NCBI GenBank assembly: GCA_027021705.1
Contig: JALUTT010000132.1
Span: 26,727 to 90,726 of the forward strand
From: Anaerolineae bacterium
GTDB taxonomy: Bacteria > Chloroflexota > Anaerolineae > S140-20
Reading direction: 5' to 3'
Length of the DNA: 64,000 nt
Made by a program: the position numbers and the translations under genes
Notes under the pieces: generated by a model
What the model saw: only the letters and a program-made list of their open reading frames with translations
The model's database searches: none
Told to the model about the DNA's origin: nothing
In this document: piece after piece, positions 49,108 through 59,020 of the stretch
Numbering within the stretch: position 1 is the stretch's first letter
Layout: each line of letters opens with the position of its first letter

Positions 49108-49510
49108 GGTCATCCGTAAGCGGTTGAATAAACTGGATGAGTATCTGGACATCCTGCATACCCTCCAGAGGTACAGTTTCGAGGAATTTATCAGCAGTCC
49201 GGAGCGGTACGGCAGTGCGGAGCGGTTTCTTCAGCTAGCAATTGAGGCGGTCACAGACATCGGTGGGCATGTCATAGCAGATCTCTCTTTAGGCGTGGTC
49301 AACTGGTACAGCGACATCCCGACCATCTTGGCGGAGCGTGGGTACATTTCCCCCGAGTTAAAGGAGAAGTGGGTTCGGATGATTGGGTTCCGCAACACAT
49401 TGGTTCACGATTACCTTGACATTGACCACCGGATCGTATACGAGGCTTTACAAACAGGACTGGTGGATCTCAAGGCTCTGCGACGGGCTTTAGCTCAGTT
49501 CCTCGATTGA
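49094..49510 (+). CDS. hepT: HepT/DUF86 HEPN RNase toxin
   Basis: GFRNTLVHDY fits RX4HXY; overlaps the MNT gene. Confidence 0.88.
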   Translation: MVRVEVIRKRLNKLDEYLDILHTLQRYSFEEFISSPERYGSAERFLQLAIEAVTDIGGHVIADLSLGVVNWYSDIPTILAERGYISPELKEKWVRMIGFRNTLVHDYLDIDHRIVYEALQTGLVDLKALRRALAQFLD

Positions 49511-49522
49511 GTGGTTCAAAAG

Positions 49523-49598
49523 CCTCCAGGATTGCAGGAAGCTCGTGGCCGAGGAGGTTCTTTACCGGGTGCGGATAGGTGCTTATCGAATCGCTTGA
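49523..49598 (+). pseudogene. RelE-family toxin fragment
   Basis: PPG-(frameshift)-CRKLVAEEVLYRVRIGAYRIA* resembles the RelE core KL.G....YRIRVGDYRI. Confidence 0.55.
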
Positions 49599-49784
49599 GC
49601 GTGACCAAAAGCCGTTGAATCACTGAGCAACTGAAAGAGATGAACGCACTGAGGAGTTATGCACCCTCTCCCCGCCGTTGGGTCACGGCCTTGCCGACGA
49701 CCTGGGCCGCACTGCACAAGGCTCAGTGTCTTCATCTCCCTCAGTGCTTCAGTGATTCTGGGGGCTTTTGGACCGAGCGTGACC
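49597..49784. repeat. Long imperfect inverted-repeat element bounded by GAGCGTGACC direct repeats
   Basis: Arms 49605-49653 and 49722-49771; GAGCGTGACC at 49597-49606 and 49775-49784. Confidence 0.65.
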
Positions 49785-49803
49785 GGAGGCTGTTGGGGTA
49801 AAG

Positions 49804-51594
49804 ATGCAGGGGCGTTGCGCTTCTATACCCATCTTCCCGGCATTGTTCCTGCTCATCCTAGGTTTTCGGCTCGCCCCTCGTGCTCTGGCGCTGTACCATC
49901 GGGAACAGGGCGGGCGCCTTCTGATCCGGGCTCTGCTGGTGGAGGACCGTCAGGCCGATAGGTACGAAGGTTTGTTGTTCCCCGAGCCCCTGGCTGAGCC
50001 TCGAGCACGGAGTTTGGTTGAAGTCGCTCATCGGCGTTTTCTGGCGGCTACCGTTGCCGATCCCACCGGCGCGCGTGCCCACCTCTGGTCGGGTCGAGCG
50101 GCATGGATGCTGGGGAATTCGGAAGAGGCTGTTGAAGCGCTCTCGACGTATGTCCGTTTGCAGCCCAATGATCCCGATGGATGGTGGGAGCTGGGGCTGA
50201 TCTACGGTCGGTTGGATCAGCAGGTGCGCCAGGCCCTTTATTGGGCGCTGATCCCAGACCCCGGTGATACAGCCGAGATCGTCCTGCTGGGAGCAGCCAA
50301 CTTGGTAACGGCGACGTTGTCCACAGCCGATGTGGAGACGCCGGAGACACCGGTGAAGACGCCCTACTGTGGGCGGGGGGAGGTGCCGCGTTCTTGTTTC
50401 GTCGCGCCGGCCATGTGGGAGATGTCGGATGCCTCTGCTGCCCAGCCGGCGGGTTGGTGGCTTCCGGAGGAACCGGTCCGTCGGTCGGTCCTCTTTATGC
50501 ACCCGCCGTCGCGGGCTACCTTCACCGTGACGCTGCCGGTGACCCCGACGGCCTTGGTCTTCTGGGTGGGGATGGACCCGGCGGCGTGGGAGCGGCTGGG
50601 GGATGGCGCTGTGTACCGGGTCCGGGTGAACGGGGAGGTGGCCTTCGACCGCGTATTGACGGCAACGGAGGCACGGCAGGGCTGGTGGCCGGGGCAGGTG
50701 GACCTGAGCCCGTGGGCCGGGCAGACGGTCCGGCTGACGTTGGAGACCGACCCCGGCCCGGCCGGTGACGCGCAGGGGGATTGGGCCGGGTGGGGGGAGG
50801 TGCGGTTGGTGGACGCTGGAGCGGCGGATGTGGCGCTGGCGGATCTGATCCGCCGGGCAGCAATGGTCTGGCGGGCGGGGGGGATCACGGCACGGCAATT
50901 GATCGAAGCGGGGGAGGCAGCCCGGAAGGCGGGGCGGTACGAGGAGGCGTTGGGGTGGTATCAGCGGGCGGCGTGGATGGAGCTGGGGTTGCAGAGCACG
51001 TATTTTTATCTCTGCTCTCTGGTCTTAGAGGTTCTTAAAGATCAAGAACGCGCTATGGCTGATTTGGGGCAAGCCGTTATTTTAGATACCGGATGGCTCG
51101 ATCAGGGAATGCGTTTTGATGCGTGGTATAGGTGGGGGAAGTGGCTGTACTCTCAACAGAGGTCAGCAGAAGCGGAAATCGCTCTACAGAGAGCTGTTGA
51201 AATTTATTCCGAGTATCTTGAGGGAAGCGAAGACTTAAAACCATTGCTCTCTGAGGCTTATCGTTTTCTCGGTCTTACCCAGTGGGCTCAGCAGAGGATG
51301 GACCTTGCTGTATACAACCTGCGTTTGGCAGTTCACTGGAATGACCAAAATCTCTGGGCACATATTCACCTTGGAAAAACTTTGTACTTACAAGATCGGA
51401 AACAAGTTGAAGAGACGGAGAAAGAGTTTGCTTATGCCCTGGATCTTCGTCCAGACGATGTTAGCCTTTGGGTGAATTTGATTCAATTCTGGCGTTGGGT
51501 AGATGAAGACAGCCGAGCTAAGAGCCTGTGTAATCAGGCTAAAGAACGTATCGGCCCTGATATGCAATTAAAGAAGGTCTGCTCTCTGCCATGA
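49804..51594 (+). CDS. Membrane-anchored TPR protein with a central beta-sandwich (carbohydrate-binding-like) domain
   Basis: N-terminal TM; TPR-like helices; LFMHPP...VDLSPWAGQTVRLTLETDPG. Confidence 0.7.
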   Translation: MQGRCASIPIFPALFLLILGFRLAPRALALYHREQGGRLLIRALLVEDRQADRYEGLLFPEPLAEPRARSLVEVAHRRFLAATVADPTGARAHLWSGRAAWMLGNSEEAVEALSTYVRLQPNDPDGWWELGLIYGRLDQQVRQALYWALIPDPGDTAEIVLLGAANLVTATLSTADVETPETPVKTPYCGRGEVPRSCFVAPAMWEMSDASAAQPAGWWLPEEPVRRSVLFMHPPSRATFTVTLPVTPTALVFWVGMDPAAWERLGDGAVYRVRVNGEVAFDRVLTATEARQGWWPGQVDLSPWAGQTVRLTLETDPGPAGDAQGDWAGWGEVRLVDAGAADVALADLIRRAAMVWRAGGITARQLIEAGEAARKAGRYEEALGWYQRAAWMELGLQSTYFYLCSLVLEVLKDQERAMADLGQAVILDTGWLDQGMRFDAWYRWGKWLYSQQRSAEAEIALQRAVEIYSEYLEGSEDLKPLLSEAYRFLGLTQWAQQRMDLAVYNLRLAVHWNDQNLWAHIHLGKTLYLQDRKQVEETEKEFAYALDLRPDDVSLWVNLIQFWRWVDEDSRAKSLCNQAKERIGPDMQLKKVCSLP

Positions 51595-52400
51595 ATGATT
51601 ATTCCAACCCCGCGACGTATTGGGAAACCAGGTTGGCTGCCCGGTTTGATCTGGCCGGTGCAGGGTATGCCACTCTAGGCCCACGTTACAATGCCCGAAT
51701 GTACCAGGCGCGATTGGATGCTCTGGAGCGAGCACTGGCTGCAGTGAACCGCTCACTGAAGGGGACACGGGTTTTGGAAGTGGGATGCGGCACTGGATTC
51801 TATACTGATTACTGTGCCCGGCAGGGGGTTGCAGATTATGTTGGCTTGGACATCACCGAGGTCAGTGTGGTGACCCTCCGCCAGCGGTATCCTAAGTTTA
51901 CGTTCCTTCAGGCTGATGTGACAAACGGAACTCTCAACCTGGAGATGGCGTTTGGCATTGTCTTGGCTGCAGATGTACTATTTCACATTGTGGATGAAAA
52001 GGCTTTTTGCATTGCTATGCAGAACATTTGCCGTTGGGTGGAACCCAAAGGGTTGCTCATCCTGTCAGATGTTTTTCCCCCGGTCACGGTTCGGACAGCT
52101 TTGCACTGTCGTCATTATGCTCTTAATAAATATGAGCAACTCCTTGCTGCCCAGGGGCTGAGTGTCGCACATATTGAACCAATCTTTGCTATCTTACATC
52201 CTCCACCGCTGATTCTAGGCACTTCTTTTGTATGGCGGGCCTATGCTTGGCTGTGGCGATATGGTTGGCGTCTGGCGAGATGGTCACTTGCAGATTGGGC
52301 TCTTCCAACAACATTGGGCTGGCTAGACGAGCATTTCTTTCTCCCTCGGTTTGGCTTACACGCTCCAAATAGTAAGTGGTTGTTGGCGGTAAAGCATTGA
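51591..52400 (+). CDS. Class I SAM-dependent methyltransferase
   Basis: VLEVGCGTG, GLDI, DVLFHI. Confidence 0.88.
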   Translation: MNDYSNPATYWETRLAARFDLAGAGYATLGPRYNARMYQARLDALERALAAVNRSLKGTRVLEVGCGTGFYTDYCARQGVADYVGLDITEVSVVTLRQRYPKFTFLQADVTNGTLNLEMAFGIVLAADVLFHIVDEKAFCIAMQNICRWVEPKGLLILSDVFPPVTVRTALHCRHYALNKYEQLLAAQGLSVAHIEPIFAILHPPPLILGTSFVWRAYAWLWRYGWRLARWSLADWALPTTLGWLDEHFFLPRFGLHAPNSKWLLAVKH

Positions 52401-53857
52401 TGATAGGCAAAGTATTGAAAGCCAACCTGGCCTACGCTATCGGTAGTGTTGCTAATAGTGCTGCACTTTTTCTCCTTATCCCTTACTTGGTCAATGCCTT
52501 GACCCCAGAGGAGTACGGTGCTTGGTCGCTGTTTGAGATAGGGACATTATTTTTGAAGTGGCTTATACTGGCTGGCCTGGACATTGGGCTGATGCGAGGA
52601 TATTGGTATCGGGAAGGTGAGGAGGAGCGTGCCCGACTGGTAGGTACGGCGCTGATTGCCGTGGTGATGTGGGGGGGGGGGCTGATTGGGCTGTTGGGAG
52701 CAGTCCTTTTCGTAAAAGGGAGGAGTTGGGATTTCCCTGGAGCGCCGTACACGTTGGAATTGACGTTAGTGATAGGCCTGCTAGAGGCAGTGTTTGCTCT
52801 TTTGCTCACGGTCTTCCGTATTCGCGAAGAAGCCTTCACTTTCGTGGCCCTTTCTGTCGAGCGGATGGTGGGATTTCTGGGCCTCTCTATTGGCTTGGTT
52901 CAGGCTGGAGGCGGGCTGGCAGGAGCACTGGCAGGACGGCTGTTGGCTGGTGCCCTGAGCCTCGGCGCGGCTGTAGCGCTGGGACGACGTTATCTTATCT
53001 TAAAACCGGACTGGACCGGACTGCGACGGATGGCTCGTTATGGGTTGCCGCTCCTGCCCACCAATCTTGCATCTTATGTGCTCTTCGCCTCTGATCGCTA
53101 TGTTCTGCAGCATTTCTCTACGTTGGAGATGGTAGGCATCTACTCATTCGCCTATAAAATTGCTACTACCCTGGACATTTTGATCACCAGGCCCTTTGCA
53201 TTAGATTGGGCACCACGACGTTTCAAGATCGCTCGCTCCGACGACGCGCCCCAGAGGTATGCTCATGTTCTGATCCTTTATTTGTTTGCCGGTCTCCTTT
53301 TTGCGCTTTTGGTAGTGGCTATTACCCCTACTATATATACTTGGATTGCTCCCCCCCTCTATCGTCAGGGTATGTCGGTGGTGCCGATCATCCTGGCTGC
53401 GTACCTGGTTTATGGGTTGGGGTATCCGCTTAACGTGGGGATTATGCTTCGAGACAAAACAGAGTATGCGCCCCTTATTGGTGGGGTTGCAGCGGCTCTG
53501 TGCCTGGGGCTGAACTTCTGGTGGATCCCTCGCTATGGGATGATGGGGGCAGCCTGGGCAACCTTGCTGGCCTATGCAGTGAGGACGGGGGGGCTCGCCT
53601 GGGTCTCCTTGCGGTTGTATCCGGTGCCGTATTCACTTCGTTCCGTTCTTCTGGTCGGCCTGGGGGCTTTGCTTGGTTATGGGGGAGTGGTGGGAGTGGA
53701 GAAGATTATGTCGGGTGATGAAATACTTGGGCTGCCCATCAAACTGGGTTGGGTGTTGCTGGTCTTCGCCACTGTTGCTTACGGACTTTTGCGCCAGGCT
53801 ATGCTCCCAGCAGCATTCTGGCGAGGTCGGAGAGAGGGGGCGGGCCCACCACGATGA
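52400..53857 (+). CDS. wzx: Wzx-type oligosaccharide flippase
   Basis: Multi-TM; LTPEEYG, YGLPL, SDRY, VGIYS.AYKIA, YGMMGAAWATL. Confidence 0.88.
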   Translation: MIGKVLKANLAYAIGSVANSAALFLLIPYLVNALTPEEYGAWSLFEIGTLFLKWLILAGLDIGLMRGYWYREGEEERARLVGTALIAVVMWGGGLIGLLGAVLFVKGRSWDFPGAPYTLELTLVIGLLEAVFALLLTVFRIREEAFTFVALSVERMVGFLGLSIGLVQAGGGLAGALAGRLLAGALSLGAAVALGRRYLILKPDWTGLRRMARYGLPLLPTNLASYVLFASDRYVLQHFSTLEMVGIYSFAYKIATTLDILITRPFALDWAPRRFKIARSDDAPQRYAHVLILYLFAGLLFALLVVAITPTIYTWIAPPLYRQGMSVVPIILAAYLVYGLGYPLNVGIMLRDKTEYAPLIGGVAAALCLGLNFWWIPRYGMMGAAWATLLAYAVRTGGLAWVSLRLYPVPYSLRSVLLVGLGALLGYGGVVGVEKIMSGDEILGLPIKLGWVLLVFATVAYGLLRQAMLPAAFWRGRREGAGPPR

Positions 53858-55125
53858 TCCGGTTCCTGTTATTTCTCCTCTTCCTGACATCTACTATTCA
53901 CTATCGGATTGAACTGGGTTTGTTCAGTTTTGCCCTGGTGGAGCCGGTAGCCCTGCTGGTCTCTGGGGTTTTGCTTCTGTACCAATTGGGCGTTCGACGG
54001 CGGTTGGCTATTCGTAAAGACCCGTTGCTCTATTTCTTTGTAGGGATAACGCTTTGGGCTGCCTTGATTCGCCCTTGGGCGTCCGATTGGCAACATGGTT
54101 TGAGCGATGTGCGAGATTGGTTCATCCCTGTACTCTCGTTCGTCGCTTTAATCTTTTCGATTCGATGCAATTGGCGACAGTGGCTCGTTTTATTCGTTTT
54201 TCTAGCAGTCATCAATGCGAGCGTAGGAATTTATCAGCACCTGACAAACACTTTCAGGCCTTTCGCTGCTGAACTGGCTGCTTACAAAACCGGTTTCTTG
54301 CTTTCTCCTGACAGATCACGGCTGGCAATCGCTTCTCCCGCCATCGGCTTCTTTTCCCATCCTAATGGGTTTGCGATGTATCTCTTCCTGGCATTGTTGA
54401 CCGCTCTGGGATGGCCGGTGAAAGGCCGGCAACACTGGGTGAAGGTGCCTGTGATATTATTACTCTCTGTAGCACTTTTCTGGACTTATGCCAAAGCGAG
54501 CCTGCTGGTGATGCTCTTTTCCATAGTAGGGTTTGAATTTGCCCGTCGCATGAAATCCTGGGGACAGTTCCTGGTTGTAAGCGCGGGATTGGTTTTGTGT
54601 GGGGGAACGATTACCTGGTTTATCTCACGGCAAGTGCCACCTGCTTATCTCGCAACGTTCTGGTGGAGGGTCAATCTGTGGCAAACGGCTCTTAGGGTGA
54701 TTCGAGATAGCCCTGGGGTTCTGCTGGTGGGAAACGGGATGGAGATGTTCGCGGCCCAGGCAATCTACCCACAACCACATAATCTCTATCTCTACCTGCT
54801 GCTTGTCTATGGCCTGCCTGGATTGGGATTGGTGTTGGGCATAGCCTGGTATCTGCTGAGATGCGGGTGGGTAGCTCATCGGCGCCGGTTATTTCGCCAA
54901 GAGCCCCTTTTGGGTGCGCTTTGGATAGGGTTGATGGGCTATTTCGCTATTGGTTTGGTGGAATCCAATCTAATGGGGATTGGGAGCCGAATGGTGTTTT
55001 TAACGGTGGCTGCTTGTTTCGTTGGCCTGTGGCACGAGGTACGCATAGACTCTAAAGTGGCCATTGTGAGCGAAGGAAACATCGCCAATGCAAGAGGAAC
55101 GATTACACGTTCTGTTTCTCTCTGA
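53854..55125 (+). CDS. O-antigen ligase/Wzy-like polymerase
   Basis: Multi-TM; GFFSHPN, R..LW..A, GNG, PHNLYL. Confidence 0.82.
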   Translation: MIRFLLFLLFLTSTIHYRIELGLFSFALVEPVALLVSGVLLLYQLGVRRRLAIRKDPLLYFFVGITLWAALIRPWASDWQHGLSDVRDWFIPVLSFVALIFSIRCNWRQWLVLFVFLAVINASVGIYQHLTNTFRPFAAELAAYKTGFLLSPDRSRLAIASPAIGFFSHPNGFAMYLFLALLTALGWPVKGRQHWVKVPVILLLSVALFWTYAKASLLVMLFSIVGFEFARRMKSWGQFLVVSAGLVLCGGTITWFISRQVPPAYLATFWWRVNLWQTALRVIRDSPGVLLVGNGMEMFAAQAIYPQPHNLYLYLLLVYGLPGLGLVLGIAWYLLRCGWVAHRRRLFRQEPLLGALWIGLMGYFAIGLVESNLMGIGSRMVFLTVAACFVGLWHEVRIDSKVAIVSEGNIANARGTITRSVSL

Positions 55126-56338
55126 ACTCTTTCCTAATCCTGCTTGGCCAGCCTTCGGCATTTTTGTAGAGCGTCAGGCATATCATCTGCTGCCATATTG
55201 CGACGTGACTGTGATGGCGCCTGTGCGGGTCTTCCCACACCTGCGCCTCTGGAAACACGTCTTTGCCTTCAAACGCTTTCGGGCTGAATGGCGAAGGTGG
55301 AGGGCGGACCTGGCACGGATTCCATTACAGGGCGAAGTTAACGGGATTCCGGTTTTCTACCCGCGCTATACGTCACCGCCCAGGCAAGGGTTTCATGGCC
55401 TGTGGGGTTTCTTTGCCTATCCTTTCCTGCGACGTTGGTTAATAGCGTTGCACAGGCAATACCATTTTGATCTAGTTCACGCCCACTACGCCAGTCCGTG
55501 CGGTGTGATCGCCCTGCTGGCCCGCCGCTGGATGGGCGTGCCGATTGTGCTGAGCATCCATGGGGCCGATGTGACCTACACGGCAAAGCAAAACCCTATC
55601 AGCGCCGCTGTCATCCGTTGGGTGTTTCGCAACGTGGATGTAATTATAGCTAACAGTACTTGGACAGCCCGTCAGATCGTGCGCTATGGGGGAAGAGATT
55701 CTAAGAAGGTGCAGATTGTACGCTTGGGAGGGAATGCACCAAAGGAGATCCCTAAGACGATTCCTTCTCCGCAAGATGGTGTTGTGTCCTTGCTTTCGGT
55801 AGGTTATCTGGAAGAACGCAAGGGGCACGCTTATGTGCTACGGGCTATTAAACAATTGCGGGATGAGGGATATAATCTTCGCTATGTGATTGTGGGGGAA
55901 GGCTCTCAGCGAGAACTATTGGAGACCGTGGCTGAAGCATTGGGTATAGCTGATATTGTTTCCTTTGAAGGGTATAAACCGCACTCGGAAGTCTGGCCCT
56001 ATTTTGCTGAATGCGATATTTTCGTTTTGCCGAGTTGGAATGAGGCATTTGGAATTGTCTACATTGAGGCATTGAGTCTGGGCAAGCCGGTTATAGGCTG
56101 TGAAGGGGAAGGAGGACCAGAGGATCTGAAGGCTTTAGGAGATTGCATCGAGTTAGTGAAACCACGCGATGTGGGGAGCTTATTGGGGGCGCTAAAGCGG
56201 TTGATCAGTGATCCAGAGCGACGGGCCCAAATGGGACGGGTGGGCCGTGAAATCGTGCGGCGGTATTTCACTTGGGAGGCCAATGCCGCTGAAACATATT
56301 TAACCTATCAGCGAGTGTTGGACAATGTTAATATGTAG
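55088..56338 (+). CDS. Glycosyltransferase family 4 (TuaC-like)
   Basis: GIFV, HGAD, RKG, EAFGIVYIEA. Confidence 0.9.
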   Translation: MQEERLHVLFLSELFPNPAWPAFGIFVERQAYHLLPYCDVTVMAPVRVFPHLRLWKHVFAFKRFRAEWRRWRADLARIPLQGEVNGIPVFYPRYTSPPRQGFHGLWGFFAYPFLRRWLIALHRQYHFDLVHAHYASPCGVIALLARRWMGVPIVLSIHGADVTYTAKQNPISAAVIRWVFRNVDVIIANSTWTARQIVRYGGRDSKKVQIVRLGGNAPKEIPKTIPSPQDGVVSLLSVGYLEERKGHAYVLRAIKQLRDEGYNLRYVIVGEGSQRELLETVAEALGIADIVSFEGYKPHSEVWPYFAECDIFVLPSWNEAFGIVYIEALSLGKPVIGCEGEGGPEDLKALGDCIELVKPRDVGSLLGALKRLISDPERRAQMGRVGREIVRRYFTWEANAAETYLTYQRVLDNVNM

Positions 56339-57059
56339 AAGGCAAAGATTTCTGTGTTTTCTGCATTCCTTTCTATTGGAAAGGATCGTCAATCCTGGGA
56401 GATGGTATTTTCCCTTGAAGGTAGTTGATAGATTCTTGCGGGCGATAGGATGGTGCTACTACGTAGAAACAGGCTGTGGACTTAAGTTTTTAGGCAAGGG
56501 GTTGAGCTCAGATCATCTTGATAGCTACGTTATAGGGACGTACAGCTTCTCGGGCCTTGGCTGTTCTTTTGATGAATTTGTAATAAACCCAGACTTTCTA
56601 GTGGATGCCTACTCTCTCGCTGGCACTCCTATTACTCGCTCGCCTCATTATTTTCTCATTGATGTTATGAGTCGGGGGGGAGAACTGTTAGATACGGAGT
56701 ATGTATATCGGTTTGAGCGGGGTATCCTAGATCTTCGAAGAGGCGAACCGATCAACCAAGATTTCCTCATAACTCACTACCAAAAACGGCTAGAACAGAT
56801 GCGATGCCATAACCTGCCTACTGTGAAAGCATTCCTGGTAGAGCGAAATGGGCAGCGAGCCTTTATTATAGGCGATGGGAAACACAGGCTGGCAATGGCT
56901 GCGTACTTCGGCTATCGAACTGGTCTTCGCATTTCCTTGTTGGACTATGGTGTTTATAAGGAGCCTTTCTTTCAGCAGCTCTATCACCGAGTTATGAGGC
57001 AACCAAAGTTGTACACCAGGAATCTTCAACTGCTGGAGGTATTTTATGGGTTCTCTTGA
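56325..57059 (+). CDS. Hypothetical protein with ParB/Srx-like motif
   Basis: FIIGDGKHRLAMA resembles the DGxHR motif; overlaps both neighbouring genes. Confidence 0.65.
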   Translation: MLICRRQRFLCFLHSFLLERIVNPGRWYFPLKVVDRFLRAIGWCYYVETGCGLKFLGKGLSSDHLDSYVIGTYSFSGLGCSFDEFVINPDFLVDAYSLAGTPITRSPHYFLIDVMSRGGELLDTEYVYRFERGILDLRRGEPINQDFLITHYQKRLEQMRCHNLPTVKAFLVERNGQRAFIIGDGKHRLAMAAYFGYRTGLRISLLDYGVYKEPFFQQLYHRVMRQPKLYTRNLQLLEVFYGFS

Positions 57060-57777
57060 GTCTCTTATCCGATCAATTGAGGCAGAGCCCCTTGAGTCAT
57101 CAGGCCACGTCTATCATCCCATTCCTTTTGATAACTTTAAGCACTTGAGATCGGCTACTCATCCAAGGGCTGCTTACCGCAAGTATAACTTGATCCAATC
57201 GGCATTGCCCTTTGAAGATCTTAAAGGAAAGAAAGTTCTGGATATTGGAGCCAACGCTGGCTTCTTCTCTTACAAATTCGCTCAACTTGGAGCTCACGTA
57301 GATGCCATTGAACCACATCGGCGATACTATGAGCTTGGACTACAGGTTACGGCGTGCTACGGTATTGATGTCAGTTGGTACAACCAGAGCATAGATATTG
57401 AGTTCTTGCGGGGAAGAAGGTACAACATAGCGCTTATGTTGAGTGTCTTTCAATGGATGTCCAAAGGCAATTCTGAGCTCGACAGAGCGAAGCTGATCTT
57501 ACGCGAAATATCGAAAAGGGCGGATTATCTCTTCTTTGAGTTGGGATGCAATTGGGGAAGTTCCGCCATTGAAGTGAAGGAGCCCGCACTTCGCTGGATC
57601 TTTGGATTGTTGAAAGAGAATACGGTGTATTCAGGGATTTGGTATTTAGGGACGACCAGACCTTGGGGGGGAATAAAGACCAGATGGCGGTTCAGAAGGT
57701 ATCTCTTTTGTTGTACTGATTTAGCTGTTCATCTGAATACATGGCAGCGTTTAGTGACTCGATTGATCCACAAGTAG
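57046..57777 (+). CDS. Class I SAM-dependent methyltransferase
   Basis: LKGKKVLDIGANAGFFS, LSV. Confidence 0.85.
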   Translation: MGSLESLIRSIEAEPLESSGHVYHPIPFDNFKHLRSATHPRAAYRKYNLIQSALPFEDLKGKKVLDIGANAGFFSYKFAQLGAHVDAIEPHRRYYELGLQVTACYGIDVSWYNQSIDIEFLRGRRYNIALMLSVFQWMSKGNSELDRAKLILREISKRADYLFFELGCNWGSSAIEVKEPALRWIFGLLKENTVYSGIWYLGTTRPWGGIKTRWRFRRYLFCCTDLAVHLNTWQRLVTRLIHK

Positions 57778-57913
57778 TGACACACGTACTGCACGGTTGT
57801 TTCTGGGCTGATTGCCAGCTTGCTGCTGTTCCAATGCTTTTCAACCCTTGATATATGGTAGTGATTGTTTCTTTTTCTTTGTCGTTGTCACTGCGCAATC
57901 AGAGGCATTGAAA

Positions 57914-59020
57914 ATGCGTCTTTATCTTCTTGATAAATTTGTGTGTCCACGATGCGGGCATTTCCCACTTGACTTTGAAGTTAAGAGTTGGGGAGAAGCC
58001 ACATCATTCGCAACTCACAAACGGCCCTGTGAGAGATACTGTGGATTTGAACGGAACTTACTGAATACCGACGAGCAGCCACCTTGCTCAAAATGTCTCT
58101 CTCAGCAGGTATTGACGGGTACTCTTTCCTGTAGCCAATGTGGGGATACCTATCCGGTCATTGATGGTATCCCACATTTGTTGATAGAACATGGAGGAGA
58201 AAAATCCAAGAAGTGGGTTGAAGAGGAAAGAGCGTGGTGGGACAGACGTTATGCCAAATTAAGCCATACGGTTCGAATTTTGAGGCAGCACAAGGCAGAA
58301 GGTGTTCCTGGTAATAGGGATAGCGAGCGCTACCATTATCTGTTCAAGCTACTGAAAGACAGACTCAAGAGTAGCCTTATTGTGGAAATTGGAGCAGGTA
58401 CATCAAGATATGTGGCTTCTTTGTTGCCACCAGCTGAGCACAGCTATTTCTATATTGGGACGGATATATCGTTGCAAGGTCTGTATCTCGGGCGACGTTT
58501 AATGCCAGAAGGAGATTTCGTATTGTGTGCGGCCGGAGCAATGCCGTTTCGTGATGGTGTGGCCGATGTGGTGCTGAGTTTAGGAGTACTTCATCATATC
58601 CCTGATTGGAAGACCAGCCTTCCACGGCTGCTTGACTTGCTTAAGGATGGTGGCCTCTTTGTGTTTGATGAAGCTATTGAAAAACCACGCATCTTAGGGC
58701 GATTCCGAAAGCAGTCCTTGACGGCGGCTATAGATAGTCCGCATGAAGGCGAAGTCGTACTGGAAGAAATGTTGAGGATTATGCAGGAGAAAGGAGAAGT
58801 GTGGTTCGTTCACACTAAAACCACCCCCGTGCGGGTCCTGTTGGTATTTCTATTTGGGAGACTGATGGAACATTCTGTGGGGCTCACGAAATTAGTGCTC
58901 GGTATTGACCAATGGGTCTTGAAAACGATGGGTAAACTGTGGGCTAGTTTTGGGCCTGGAGAAGCCCTAGGCATCTTTGAGAGAGGCAGGGAAGTTGCCC
59001 AGGATTCTCCTCGTCCATAA
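57914..59020 (+). CDS. Trm112-like zinc module fused to a class I methyltransferase
   Basis: CPRC...LSCSQCG..YPVIDGIPHLL; VEIGAGT, GVLHH. Confidence 0.8.
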   Translation: MRLYLLDKFVCPRCGHFPLDFEVKSWGEATSFATHKRPCERYCGFERNLLNTDEQPPCSKCLSQQVLTGTLSCSQCGDTYPVIDGIPHLLIEHGGEKSKKWVEEERAWWDRRYAKLSHTVRILRQHKAEGVPGNRDSERYHYLFKLLKDRLKSSLIVEIGAGTSRYVASLLPPAEHSYFYIGTDISLQGLYLGRRLMPEGDFVLCAAGAMPFRDGVADVVLSLGVLHHIPDWKTSLPRLLDLLKDGGLFVFDEAIEKPRILGRFRKQSLTAAIDSPHEGEVVLEEMLRIMQEKGEVWFVHTKTTPVRVLLVFLFGRLMEHSVGLTKLVLGIDQWVLKTMGKLWASFGPGEALGIFERGREVAQDSPRP

